From Clostridiales bacterium (lineage in GTDB: Bacteria > Bacillota > Clostridia > Oscillospirales > CAG-272), in contig DPGD01000024.1 in NCBI GenBank assembly GCA_003522145.1, positions 14,646 to 78,645 on the forward strand: a stretch of 64,000 bases of DNA. The letters run 5' to 3'. The position numbers were made by a program, and so were the translations under genes. The notes beneath the pieces are model-generated. The model saw only the letters and a list, made by a program, of their open reading frames with translations, did no database searches and was not told where the DNA came from. Position 1 is the stretch's first letter, and the number at the start of each line of letters is the position of its first letter. This document shows positions 20,617 to 28,970 of this stretch, piece by piece.

Positions 20617-21375
20617 TCAGATTCTCACATGGATTCCGTTTTGGGCAAGCTCTTTCTTCAGGTCCTTCAACCGAACCTCTCCGAAATGGAAGACCGAAGC
20701 AGCAAGACCGGCGTCCACCCCCGGCACCGCCTGAAAGAGCTCCACAAAATGCTGCGCACATCCGGCTCCGCCCGAAGCGATTACCGGAACCTCCACGGCA
20801 CGGCAGACAAGAGACAGCATTTCCAGATCAAAACCGTTCTTCACGCCGTCGGTATCGATGGAATTCACCACGACCTCTCCCGCACCGGAACCGACACATC
20901 TTTTGATCCACTCGATTGCTTCAAGACCTGTATCTTCTCTTCCGCCCTTTGCAAAAATATGCATCTCGTTTCCGACTCTTTTTACATCCGCCGAAAGGAC
21001 GACGCACTGGTCTCCGTAGCGTTTTGCCGCCTCACCCACTAATCCCGGATTCCGTATGGCCCCGGAATTCACACTGACCTTGTCTGCTCCGTTCCTCAGC
21101 GCATTTTCAAAATCCTCAAGAGTTCCGATTCCTCCGCCGACGGTAAGGGGAATAAAGATGGCGGAGGCCACTTTTTTCAGCACCTCGGTAAAGAGCTGTC
21201 TGCCTTCAAAGGAGGCCGTGATGTCGTAAAAAACCAGCTCATCCGCCCCGTTCTGACTGTAGTATTCCGCCAGCTCCACCGGATCGGAAACATCCCGCAG
21301 TCCTTTGAAATTTGTGCCCTTCACGACCCTGCCGTTCCGTATATCCAGACAGGGAATAATTCTTTTTGTAATCAT
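20617..21375 (-). CDS. hisF: Imidazole glycerol phosphate synthase cyclase subunit
   Basis: 252 aa. KRIIPCLDIRNGRVVKG...ADELVFYDITAS...PLTVGGGI...ADKVSVNSGA...GAGEVVVNSIDTDG. Confidence 0.96.
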   Translation of the reverse strand: MITKRIIPCLDIRNGRVVKGTNFKGLRDVSDPVELAEYYSQNGADELVFYDITASFEGRQLFTEVLKKVASAIFIPLTVGGGIGTLEDFENALRNGADKVSVNSGAIRNPGLVGEAAKRYGDQCVVLSADVKRVGNEMHIFAKGGREDTGLEAIEWIKRCVGSGAGEVVVNSIDTDGVKNGFDLEMLSLVCRAVEVPVIASGGAGCAQHFVELFQAVPGVDAGLAASVFHFGEVRLKDLKKELAQNGIHVRI

Positions 21376-22082
21376 CTTGCCGCCTCTATCGCTTCCTTTA
21401 GAGCTATCGCTCCTGTATAGTAAGCCTTACCGATGATCGCTCCGTAAAGCCCCATTTTGCGCAGTGCGCATACATCGTCCAAGGTGGATACGCCCCCCGA
21501 AGCGGTGATCCGCACCGAATAGGAGTGGCTCAACCGGCTGTAAAGCTCCCGGTTTGTCCCGGACATGGCACCGTCCTTTGAAATATCGGTACAGATGATA
21601 TTGCAAACCCCCAAGGCCTCCATATCGGCAAAGAAGTCGTCCACCGTGACCGACGAGGTTTCCGTCCAGCCTTTGACCGAAATACAGCCCTCTCTGATGT
21701 CCGCACCCACTGCGATCTTCTCCCCGTACTGCCTTAAAGCCTCCGCCAACAGTTCCCTGTTTTCAAGCGCCGCCGTGCCGAGTATCACCCTGGACGCACC
21801 TGCGTCAATATAGGAGGCAATGGCTTCCATCGTGCGGATTCCTCCTCCGATCTCCACAAAAGGAATCTCCCTGATGATTTCCTTCACCATTTCAAGGTTG
21901 GGCGTTCCTCCGTCACGGGCGCCCATCAGGTCTACGATATGAACCTGCTCCGCACCCTTTTTCCAAAAATCCTTGGCTACCTCCAGAGGAGAGTCGCTGT
22001 ATACCGTCATACGGCTGTAGTCGCCCTTGTACAGTCTGACGGCCTTTCCGCCGTACAGATCAATTGCCGGAAAAATAATCAT
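21372..22082 (-). CDS. hisA: ProFAR isomerase
   Basis: 236 aa. MIIFPAIDLYGGKAVRLYKGDY...HIVDLMGA...EIGGGIRT...RVILGTAA...ICTDISKDGAMSG...ASGGVSTLDD. Confidence 0.95.
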   Translation of the reverse strand: MIIFPAIDLYGGKAVRLYKGDYSRMTVYSDSPLEVAKDFWKKGAEQVHIVDLMGARDGGTPNLEMVKEIIREIPFVEIGGGIRTMEAIASYIDAGASRVILGTAALENRELLAEALRQYGEKIAVGADIREGCISVKGWTETSSVTVDDFFADMEALGVCNIICTDISKDGAMSGTNRELYSRLSHSYSVRITASGGVSTLDDVCALRKMGLYGAIIGKAYYTGAIALKEAIEAAR

Positions 22083-22091
22083 GTTGTTCCC

Positions 22092-22703
22092 TCACTTTAC
22101 GGCACAGAATGCTTTCAGAATGGCAAGACCCTTTTCCCCGCTCTTTTCGGGATGAAACTGACAGCCAAAAACATGGTCTTTCTCTGCGGCGGCGGTCAAT
22201 GTCCCGCCGTATTCCGTCACGGCACTCACGCTCTCACTGCAATGCACGGCATGAAAAGAGTGGACAAAATACACAAAGTCGCCCTCTTTCAGTTCCCCGA
22301 AAAGCGGACTGCTCTTCCGGAAGGAAAGAGCGTTCCAGCCGATGTGGGGAATCTTCAAGCCCGCAGGAATTACTTCGGCAATCGGGCGTATCTCCCCGGG
22401 AATCAGTCCAAGACCCAAATGCTCGCCGTACTCATAGCTTTTTTCAAACAGCAGCTGCATCCCCAGACAAATGCCCAGCAAAGGCTTGCCCTTGGCAACC
22501 TGTTGGCACACGATTTCGTCCAACCCATGACTTCTCAGTTTTTTTGCGGCGTCTCCGAAGGCGCCCACGCCGGGCAACACCAACCGATCCGCCCCCTCGA
22601 TCACCTCAGGGTCAGAGGTGACACAGCTTTCTTCTCCCACGGCCTTGAAGGAGCTGTGAAGCGAAAATAAATTTCCTACCCCGTAATCGACAATGGCAAC
22701 CAT
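22092..22703 (-). CDS. hisH: Imidazole glycerol phosphate synthase glutamine amidotransferase subunit
   Basis: 203 aa. MVAIVDYGVGNLFS...LVLPGVGAFGDA...LLGICLGMQLL...HIGWN...YFVHSF...FGCQFHPEKSG. Confidence 0.95.
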   Translation of the reverse strand: MVAIVDYGVGNLFSLHSSFKAVGEESCVTSDPEVIEGADRLVLPGVGAFGDAAKKLRSHGLDEIVCQQVAKGKPLLGICLGMQLLFEKSYEYGEHLGLGLIPGEIRPIAEVIPAGLKIPHIGWNALSFRKSSPLFGELKEGDFVYFVHSFHAVHCSESVSAVTEYGGTLTAAAEKDHVFGCQFHPEKSGEKGLAILKAFCAVK

Positions 22704-23290
22704 CAGAGTACCCCCTTGGTGGAGGGAATTTCATCCTCAAAGCCGCTCTCCGTTGCAACGGCCCTTCTTAGCGACCGTGCAAAGGATTTGAAGGCTCCTT
22801 CGATAATGTGATGCGCATTGCTTCCGGAAAGCTGTTTCACATGAAGGGTACACTCTGCGCTCCGCACAAAGGCGTAAAAGAACTCTTCGGCCAGTTCCGT
22901 GTCAAAATCTCCCACCTTTCCGGCACGAATATTCAACCCGTAGCCAAGGTAAGCTCTGCCCGAAAGATCCACCGCCGTCAGGATCAGTGCTTCATCCATC
23001 GGAAGCACGGTAAATCCATAGCGGCAGATCCCCCTTTTCTCTCCCACAGCCTGCAAAAAGACCTTTCCCAAGCAGACACCCACATCTTCCACCGTGTGGT
23101 GACCGTCCACCTGCAGATCGCCTGTGCATTTTACCGTCAGATCGAATCGGCCGTGACGGGCAAACAGCGCGAGCATATGGTCGAGAAATCCGATTCCGGT
23201 GTCGATCTTCCCCACTCCCCTGCCGTCCAGATTGATCTCGGCGTAAATATCGGTTTCATTTGTTTTTCTCTTGATTTCGGCTTTTCTCAT
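22703..23290 (-). CDS. hisB: Imidazoleglycerol-phosphate dehydratase
   Basis: 195 aa. RKTNETDI...GIGFLDHML...DLQVDGHHTVEDVG...NAHHIIEGAFKSFARSLR. Confidence 0.95.
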   Translation of the reverse strand: MRKAEIKRKTNETDIYAEINLDGRGVGKIDTGIGFLDHMLALFARHGRFDLTVKCTGDLQVDGHHTVEDVGVCLGKVFLQAVGEKRGICRYGFTVLPMDEALILTAVDLSGRAYLGYGLNIRAGKVGDFDTELAEEFFYAFVRSAECTLHVKQLSGSNAHHIIEGAFKSFARSLRRAVATESGFEDEIPSTKGVL

Positions 23291-23398
23291 TTTTCACTCC
23301 CCGCCGCACCGGACGGCTGAAACAACTCCGGTACAGTCCTGTTTTTTATAGGAACACGGCCCTGTATTCAACCGGTTCTGAAAATTCTGAACCGCCCT

Positions 23399-24463
23399 CT
23401 ATACCGGTTCCTTCAAAATGCTTTCCGTTGCCTCGAAGAACCGCTCCATCTGGTCTTTTGTGCCGATGGTGACTCGGTTGTATTCCCGAATTCGCTCAAG
23501 GCCGAAATGCCGCACCAGGATCCCTCTGGCCTTCAACTCCCGATACAGCTTCTCCCCCGCTATCTTTCCATGCCGCACAAACAGGAAATTCGTCTTGGAG
23601 GGGCAAACCTCAAAGCCCATTTCCCGGAGCTTTTTCGCCGTATATTCCCGGTTTTCTTCGATGATCCGGCAGTTTTTTTCGGTGTATTCCGGGTCGGACA
23701 GGGTCCCGATGCCCGCCGCCATGGTCATGGAATTTACATTGTAGGGGTTTGTGGAATACTTCATTCTGCGTAGGTCTTCAATCAGCTCCGGACACCCGGC
23801 GCCCAATCCCAGTCTTGCCCCCGCCATGGAACGGGATTTTGAAAAGGTCTGGGTTACCAGCAGATTTCGGTACTTCTTTATAAGGGGAATACAGCTTTCT
23901 CCTCCGAAATCCACATAGGCTTCATCTACCACCACCACATTGTCGGGATTGGAGCGGAGAATCTTTTCGATCTCACAGGTCGGAAGCGCAATGCCGGTGG
24001 GAGCGTTCGGGTTTGCGATAAAGATCGTTTTGTGAATGCCGCAGTAATCCTCGGCGCAAAGGGTAAAATCTTTTTTCAAGGGTATTTCGGTATAGGGAAC
24101 CGAATTGATTGCCGCAAAAACCGGATAAAAACCGTAGGTCACATCCGCAAAGGCCGCACCGTTTCGATCATCGCAGAAGGCCATAAAGGCAAAATTCAGT
24201 ATCTCGTCCGAACCGTTTGTCATTAAGACCTGATCCCGGTTCAAGCCAAGCGTCTTGGCCATTTTCTCTGTCAAAAGAGCACATTCCGGATCGGAATACA
24301 ACTGCAACCCTTCTGCCGCCTCTGCTGCGGCCATGACCGCTTTTTTGGAAGGGGGAAAGGGAGACTCGTTTGTATTCAGCTTGATATACTTCATACCATG
24401 GGGCTGCTCTCCCGGTGTGTAGGGGGAAAGCGTCTTGTATCTGCTGCTAAGAAACTCACTCAT
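23399..24463 (-). CDS. hisC: Histidinol-phosphate aminotransferase
   Basis: 354 aa. KLNTNESPFPPS...YSDPEC..., PLP-lysine context TFSKSRSMAGARLG. Confidence 0.9.
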   Translation of the reverse strand: MSEFLSSRYKTLSPYTPGEQPHGMKYIKLNTNESPFPPSKKAVMAAAEAAEGLQLYSDPECALLTEKMAKTLGLNRDQVLMTNGSDEILNFAFMAFCDDRNGAAFADVTYGFYPVFAAINSVPYTEIPLKKDFTLCAEDYCGIHKTIFIANPNAPTGIALPTCEIEKILRSNPDNVVVVDEAYVDFGGESCIPLIKKYRNLLVTQTFSKSRSMAGARLGLGAGCPELIEDLRRMKYSTNPYNVNSMTMAAGIGTLSDPEYTEKNCRIIEENREYTAKKLREMGFEVCPSKTNFLFVRHGKIAGEKLYRELKARGILVRHFGLERIREYNRVTIGTKDQMERFFEATESILKEPV

Positions 24464-24487
24464 TTTCTGTTTCTTCCGGTCCTTTCC

Positions 24488-25771
24488 TCACTGCTCGGAC
24501 TTTCTGCCCCGAATCCGTGCGCTCTCGGCATGAGCGGTCAGCCCTTCCTTTTCGGCAAAATAGGAAACACTTTCGGAAACCCGCCCCAGCGCCTCCGAGG
24601 TAAAATAGGTGTATTGGGTCTTTTTTACGAAATCATCCACCGAAAGAGGACTGGAAAACCGGGCCGTTCCGCCGGTGGGCAGGGTGTGATTTGGCCCTGC
24701 CAGATAATCTCCCAACGCTTCCGGACAGTTGCGTCCCATAAAGACCGAGCCGGCATGGCGTATTTTGTCTAAATAATCAAAGGGCTCGTCCACGCACAGC
24801 TCCAGATGTTCGGGAGCAATGGTATTGGACACCTGAATCGCCGTATTCAGATCCTGCACCACGATGATCTTGCCATTTGCGTCAATGGAGACCCGTGCGA
24901 TCTCTCTTCTCGGAAGCTCGGGAATTTGCTTTTCCAACTCTTCGGCAACCTTTTCGGCCAGCTCCTCGCTGTCGGTCACCAGCACGGCGCTTGCCAGCTT
25001 GTCATGCTCCGCCTGGGAAAGCAGGTCCGCCGCCAGAAACCGGGGGTTCGATTTTCCGTCGGCAATAATCAGTATTTCGCTGGGACCGGCGATCATATCA
25101 ATGGACACCCGACCGAATACCTGTTTTTTCGCTTCGGCAACAAAAGCGTTTCCCGGTCCCACAATTTTGTCCACCTTGGGAATGCTCTCGGTGCCGTAAG
25201 CCAGCGCCGCAACCGCCTGCGCACCTCCGACCTTGAAGATCCGATCCACACCGGCAATTTTGGCGGCCGCCAGAATCACCGGATTCACCTTTCCGTCCCG
25301 GCCGGGAGGCGTGACCATGACGATCTCCCCGCAACCGGCAATCTTGGCAGGAATGGTATCCATCAGAACTGTGGAGGGATAGGCCGCCGTGCCGCCCGGA
25401 ACATAAATGCCCGCCCGGTCGAGAGGAATCACCTTCTGCCCCATCACGATCCCATCGCTGTCGTTGATGATAAAGCTGTTGCGCACCTGTCTGGAGTGGA
25501 ATTTTGAAATATTGGCTTCTGCCTGCTTCAGCACCTTGATGAACTCCGGCTCCACCGTCTCAAAGGCCTTTGAAATTTCTTCCCCGGTCACTTCAAGACT
25601 CTCCAGCTTCACTCGGTCGAATCGCTCGGTGTATTCCCTTAACGCCGAATCCCCTTCCTTACGCACTTTTTCAAGAATTTCCGAAACCGTTTTTTCCACA
25701 TCGGTCTCCGGAACAGCTCTTGCAAAAATCTCGCTGTCCGGAATCTCACCGTATTTCATTATTTTAATCAT
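24488..25771 (-). CDS. hisD: Histidinol dehydrogenase
   Basis: 427 aa. GIYVPGGTAAYPSTVLM...KVGGAQAVAALAYGTE...VDKIVGPGNAFV...IAGPSEILIIAD...AEHD...EHLEL. Confidence 0.96.
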   Translation of the reverse strand: MIKIMKYGEIPDSEIFARAVPETDVEKTVSEILEKVRKEGDSALREYTERFDRVKLESLEVTGEEISKAFETVEPEFIKVLKQAEANISKFHSRQVRNSFIINDSDGIVMGQKVIPLDRAGIYVPGGTAAYPSTVLMDTIPAKIAGCGEIVMVTPPGRDGKVNPVILAAAKIAGVDRIFKVGGAQAVAALAYGTESIPKVDKIVGPGNAFVAEAKKQVFGRVSIDMIAGPSEILIIADGKSNPRFLAADLLSQAEHDKLASAVLVTDSEELAEKVAEELEKQIPELPRREIARVSIDANGKIIVVQDLNTAIQVSNTIAPEHLELCVDEPFDYLDKIRHAGSVFMGRNCPEALGDYLAGPNHTLPTGGTARFSSPLSVDDFVKKTQYTYFTSEALGRVSESVSYFAEKEGLTAHAESARIRGRKSEQ

Positions 25772-25807
25772 GTATCCTTCATTCCTTTCCGGCCGTCTGC
25801 CCGGTCC

Positions 25808-26446
25808 TCACTGTTTTTCGGCTACCTGAAGGGACAGACTGGACAGTATCTCCTCGATCGGCCGATCCTTGAACCGATAGCTGGATTTGTTGGAAATCAG
25901 CCTTGCGCTGATGCCCACGATCGTGTCAATGACCTCAAGACGGTTTTCTTTCAGCGTTGTACCCGTTTCCACAATGTCAACAATTACATCCGACAATCCC
26001 AAAATCGGTGCAATTTCGATGGAGCCGTTCAGATGAATAATATCGATGTCCCGTCCCAGCGACCGGTAGTATTTCTTGGCGATATTGGAAAACTTCGTGG
26101 CCACCTTCAGCGTGCGCCTGGTATCGTCCCGGAAATTTTCCTTTGCCGCCACGGCCATCCGGCAAACACCGGTTTTCAGATCCAACAGCTCATACACATT
26201 CGGCTCATACTCCAACAGGATGTCTTTTCCGGCAACGCCGATGTCGGCGGCTCCCCGCTCCACATAAATTGCCACATCCGACGGCTTCACCCAAAAGTAC
26301 CGTACCCCTTTTTCCGGGTTCTCGAATATCAGCTTTCTGCTGTTCTCCATCATCGACCGGCATTCAAAGCCCGCCTTTTCAAACATCGTATACACTTTTT
26401 CGCCCAGTCTTCCCTTGGGAAGGGCCACATTCAGCATCTCATCCAT
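25808..26446 (-). CDS. hisG: ATP phosphoribosyltransferase, short (HisZ-dependent) form
   Basis: LNVALPKGRLGEKVY... is the typical HisG opening. The start is ambiguous between ATG 26446 and 26437; the track ORF opens at 26467. Confidence 0.9.
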   Translation of the reverse strand: MDEMLNVALPKGRLGEKVYTMFEKAGFECRSMMENSRKLIFENPEKGVRYFWVKPSDVAIYVERGAADIGVAGKDILLEYEPNVYELLDLKTGVCRMAVAAKENFRDDTRRTLKVATKFSNIAKKYYRSLGRDIDIIHLNGSIEIAPILGLSDVIVDIVETGTTLKENRLEVIDTIVGISARLISNKSSYRFKDRPIEEILSSLSLQVAEKQ

Positions 26447-27557
26447 GGCTTTTACCTCCGTCGGCACGGAGCAGTCTCCGGTATCTGAACCTCTCCGGAA
26501 TATTTTTCAGCGCCGTCACGCTCTCTCCTTGATTACGAAGCCCGGCACACAGTCCTGCAAGCTCCTCCAGATCGCAATCATCGCCATAGACCACCAGCAC
26601 ATCCACATCATAACCGTCCCCCTTGCGCTTCAGCTCCTCCAGCATATCCAGATATACGGCAAAGCCGATGGCCTCATAGTTTTTGCCCATCTTCCGGACA
26701 AGACTGCCGTATTGCCCTCCGGACAGCATACCGGAGGGGATTCCGTTCACATAGCCTCTGAACACGATCCCGTTGTAATAATTCATATCATTGACTACCG
26801 AAAAATCAATGCGGAGCTTGTCGGCCGGTACCTCTTTGCAGAGCATTCCCACGGCCTCGGCCAACTCCTCTGACGCCTTTCCCGGAAAATTTTTCTGCAA
26901 AAAAATAAGGGATTCCTGAACACTTCCCTTCATCTTCATCAGGGATTCTATTTTTTCGGGAGAAAGGCCGTTGCTTTCAAATATTTCGCAGACACCGCGC
27001 AGATTTTTTTCGCCCATATACTTCAGGATTTCGTTCTTTGTGCCTGCGGAAAAGCCGTATTCGTCCAGAATATCGGAAAGGATGCCAGCGTGGGAAATCT
27101 CCAGCACATAGCAGGAAGAAATCAGCTCCAGACTTTTCGCCGCCAGCCCCAACACCTCGGAAATGCAGAAAACATCGATATTTCCAAGGCACTCTAATCC
27201 TGCCTGCTTGATTTCCTTGAACATCCGGGTGCCGCTGGACATTCTGTATACATTTTCATCGTAAAACAGTTTTTCTGTCTCGGCGGGCTTGGGATGTGCA
27301 TTCTTGATAATGGAAAGGGTCACATCCGGCTTCAGCGCCATCAGCTTTCCGTCTGTATCGGTGAAGGTGATCACATTGTCCGAAACAAGAAAATTTTTAT
27401 TGCTTGCATACAGGTCATACTCCTCGAATTTGTTCATTTTATACTGGGTATACCCGTAGCTTTTGTACAGACTCCGAAGCGAAAGCTCTGTCCGCTCTCC
27501 GAAGGTCAGAATATCATCCGAAACGATCATTTTGCCGTTCTTCCTTTCACTGTCCAT
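26439..27557 (-). CDS. hisZ: ATP phosphoribosyltransferase regulatory subunit
   Basis: A 372-aa HisRS-paralogue-like sequence directly upstream of short-form hisG. The start may be ATG 27530 (MIVSDD) rather than 27557. Confidence 0.85.
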   Translation of the reverse strand: MDSERKNGKMIVSDDILTFGERTELSLRSLYKSYGYTQYKMNKFEEYDLYASNKNFLVSDNVITFTDTDGKLMALKPDVTLSIIKNAHPKPAETEKLFYDENVYRMSSGTRMFKEIKQAGLECLGNIDVFCISEVLGLAAKSLELISSCYVLEISHAGILSDILDEYGFSAGTKNEILKYMGEKNLRGVCEIFESNGLSPEKIESLMKMKGSVQESLIFLQKNFPGKASEELAEAVGMLCKEVPADKLRIDFSVVNDMNYYNGIVFRGYVNGIPSGMLSGGQYGSLVRKMGKNYEAIGFAVYLDMLEELKRKGDGYDVDVLVVYGDDCDLEELAGLCAGLRNQGESVTALKNIPERFRYRRLLRADGGKSHG

Positions 27558-27843
27558 TTCTATCCTTCATTTTATCGAGAATACTGCGGTATCCGCCGCT
27601 GCCGTAAACCAGGCATTTATTCACCCGGCAGATGGTGGCCGTGCTTGCCCCTGTTTCCTTTGAGATTTCCTGATACCCTTTCCCCTCATCCAGCATCGTT
27701 GCCACCCGCAGTCGAAGGGACATATCCATGATCTCTCTTATGGTGCAGATATCCTCAAAAAAAGCCTCGCATTCTTCTGTGGTCCGCAATTTCAGAATCG
27801 CCTCATAGAACCGCTCTGTTTCCTGATCGTTTATTCTCTTCAT
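27547..27843 (-). CDS. YerC/YecD-family TrpR-like DNA-binding protein, first gene of the his operon (HisR-like candidate)
   Basis: 98 aa. FYEAILKLRTTEECEAFFEDICTIREIMDMSLRLRVATMLDEGKGYQEISKETGASTATICRVNKCLVYGSGGY is the YerC/YecD signature. It overlaps the hisZ ORF by 11 nt. Confidence 0.8.
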   Translation of the reverse strand: MKRINDQETERFYEAILKLRTTEECEAFFEDICTIREIMDMSLRLRVATMLDEGKGYQEISKETGASTATICRVNKCLVYGSGGYRSILDKMKDRNGQ

Positions 27844-27873
27844 TTCCCTACCCTCTCATTTTGGCTCTTTACT

Positions 27874-27902
27874 ATTTTATCATGCTAAAACAATAAAGTC
27901 AA
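27874..27902 (-). promoter_or_regulatory. Sigma-A-type promoter of the his operon, TTGACT-17-TAAAAT
   Basis: - strand TTGACT (27902-27897), 17-nt spacer, TAAAAT (27879-27874). It lies about 30 nt upstream of the yerC-like ATG. Confidence 0.5.
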
Positions 27903-28022
27903 CGGCTTTTCTCTTTCGTTTGTAAATATTCTTTTAACTCCTTTGAGAAGTTCCGTGAAATCTGCCGGACCGTCCTCAACAGGATAAAGGACACCTCTCC
28001 CTGTTCAACAGATGCCGACGGC

Positions 28023-28053
28023 AAAAAAAGTGCGGGAAAACCTGTTCCCGCAC
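28023..28053 (-). terminator. Rho-independent terminator of the 28101-28520 gene
   Basis: - strand GTGCGGGAA-CAGGTT-TTCCCGCAC followed by TTTTTTT. Confidence 0.7.
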
Positions 28054-28100
28054 CGGATGAACGCCTGTTCTACAAAAGGAAAACCGCAGAATCTCCTCTT

Positions 28101-28520
28101 TCATTTGTATATGGAAGTATAGGTTTTATCCGCCTTTTTCTTCTTTTTTCTTCCGAGATAAATCAGGAGCACAATGGGGCAGATGAGCGCATAGAGAATC
28201 AGATAGGCCACCAACAACAGCACCCACTTTTCAGACCGGTTCATATACCCGGAAAAATAAATCATGCCCAAAAGCACCAGACCGGTGCAAATAAAATGCG
28301 TGGAAACCCTGAAATACAGATTCAGCTTCGGAACAAAGAACACCAGGTTCGTCAGCGAAATGCCGGCCGCAACAAAAAGCAGAACCAAAATGTGCTTCCG
28401 ATCCATGGAGGATGCGCCGGACGCCAGAAAGAACAGCAGAATCAAGACCATGAAAATCCCACTCATCGGCAACAAAAAACGATATAATAGCTTTTTCAGT
28501 TGTTCAGAACTTTTTTTCAT
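28101..28520 (-). CDS. Small integral membrane protein (4 predicted TM helices), unknown function
   Basis: 139 aa with hydrophobic segments and a Lys-rich tail (GRKKKKKADK). Confidence 0.6.
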   Translation of the reverse strand: MKKSSEQLKKLLYRFLLPMSGIFMVLILLFFLASGASSMDRKHILVLLFVAAGISLTNLVFFVPKLNLYFRVSTHFICTGLVLLGMIYFSGYMNRSEKWVLLLVAYLILYALICPIVLLIYLGRKKKKKADKTYTSIYK

Positions 28521-28887
28521 ACAAGCGCAACCGCAGAAGGCGTCCCTCTCCGCATACTCTTCCTCCGTATACTTTTCTTCAGTATACTCTATTTTTCTCG
28601 GAATTGCAAGGGTAAATCAAAAAAAGTATCCGATTCTTGTGTATGTGCTGAAATTCCGGAAACCCAGAAACCAAAAATGAAATTCACAACGGGGATATGG
28701 TATAACGAACCGCCACAAACCATCGACCAAGGCAAGGTGTGCTTTCTCCGGGAATACCGTGGCACCAAAGGCAAAGAAACGGCCAGCGGCCGTTGAAGAT
28801 TTCCATTCGGAAGGATACCAGGAGCCTTTCTCCTGAATTTGTCTATTCTGCACAAATATTCTAAAGAAAAATTGTATGAAAAACATA

Positions 28888-28917
28888 TTGCCAACTGGCA
28901 AATCATTTTGATATAAT
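28888..28917 (+). promoter_or_regulatory. Candidate promoter TTGCCA-18-TATAAT upstream of the GH92 gene
   Basis: TTGCCA 28888-28893 and TATAAT 28912-28917, about 55 nt upstream of ATG 28971 (RBS GGAGG). Confidence 0.4.
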
Positions 28918-28970
28918 TGCATTAGTAAACAGAGTTTACAATTATCAAGAAACCAACCTGGAGGTTTACC

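Noticed and set aside
27844-28100. A possible T-box, attenuator or riboswitch leader for the his operon.
   Set aside because: The promoter-to-ATG distance is only ~30 nt, and no specifier or terminator-antiterminator structure is visible. The only strong hairpin (28023-28053) is the terminator of the upstream membrane-protein gene.
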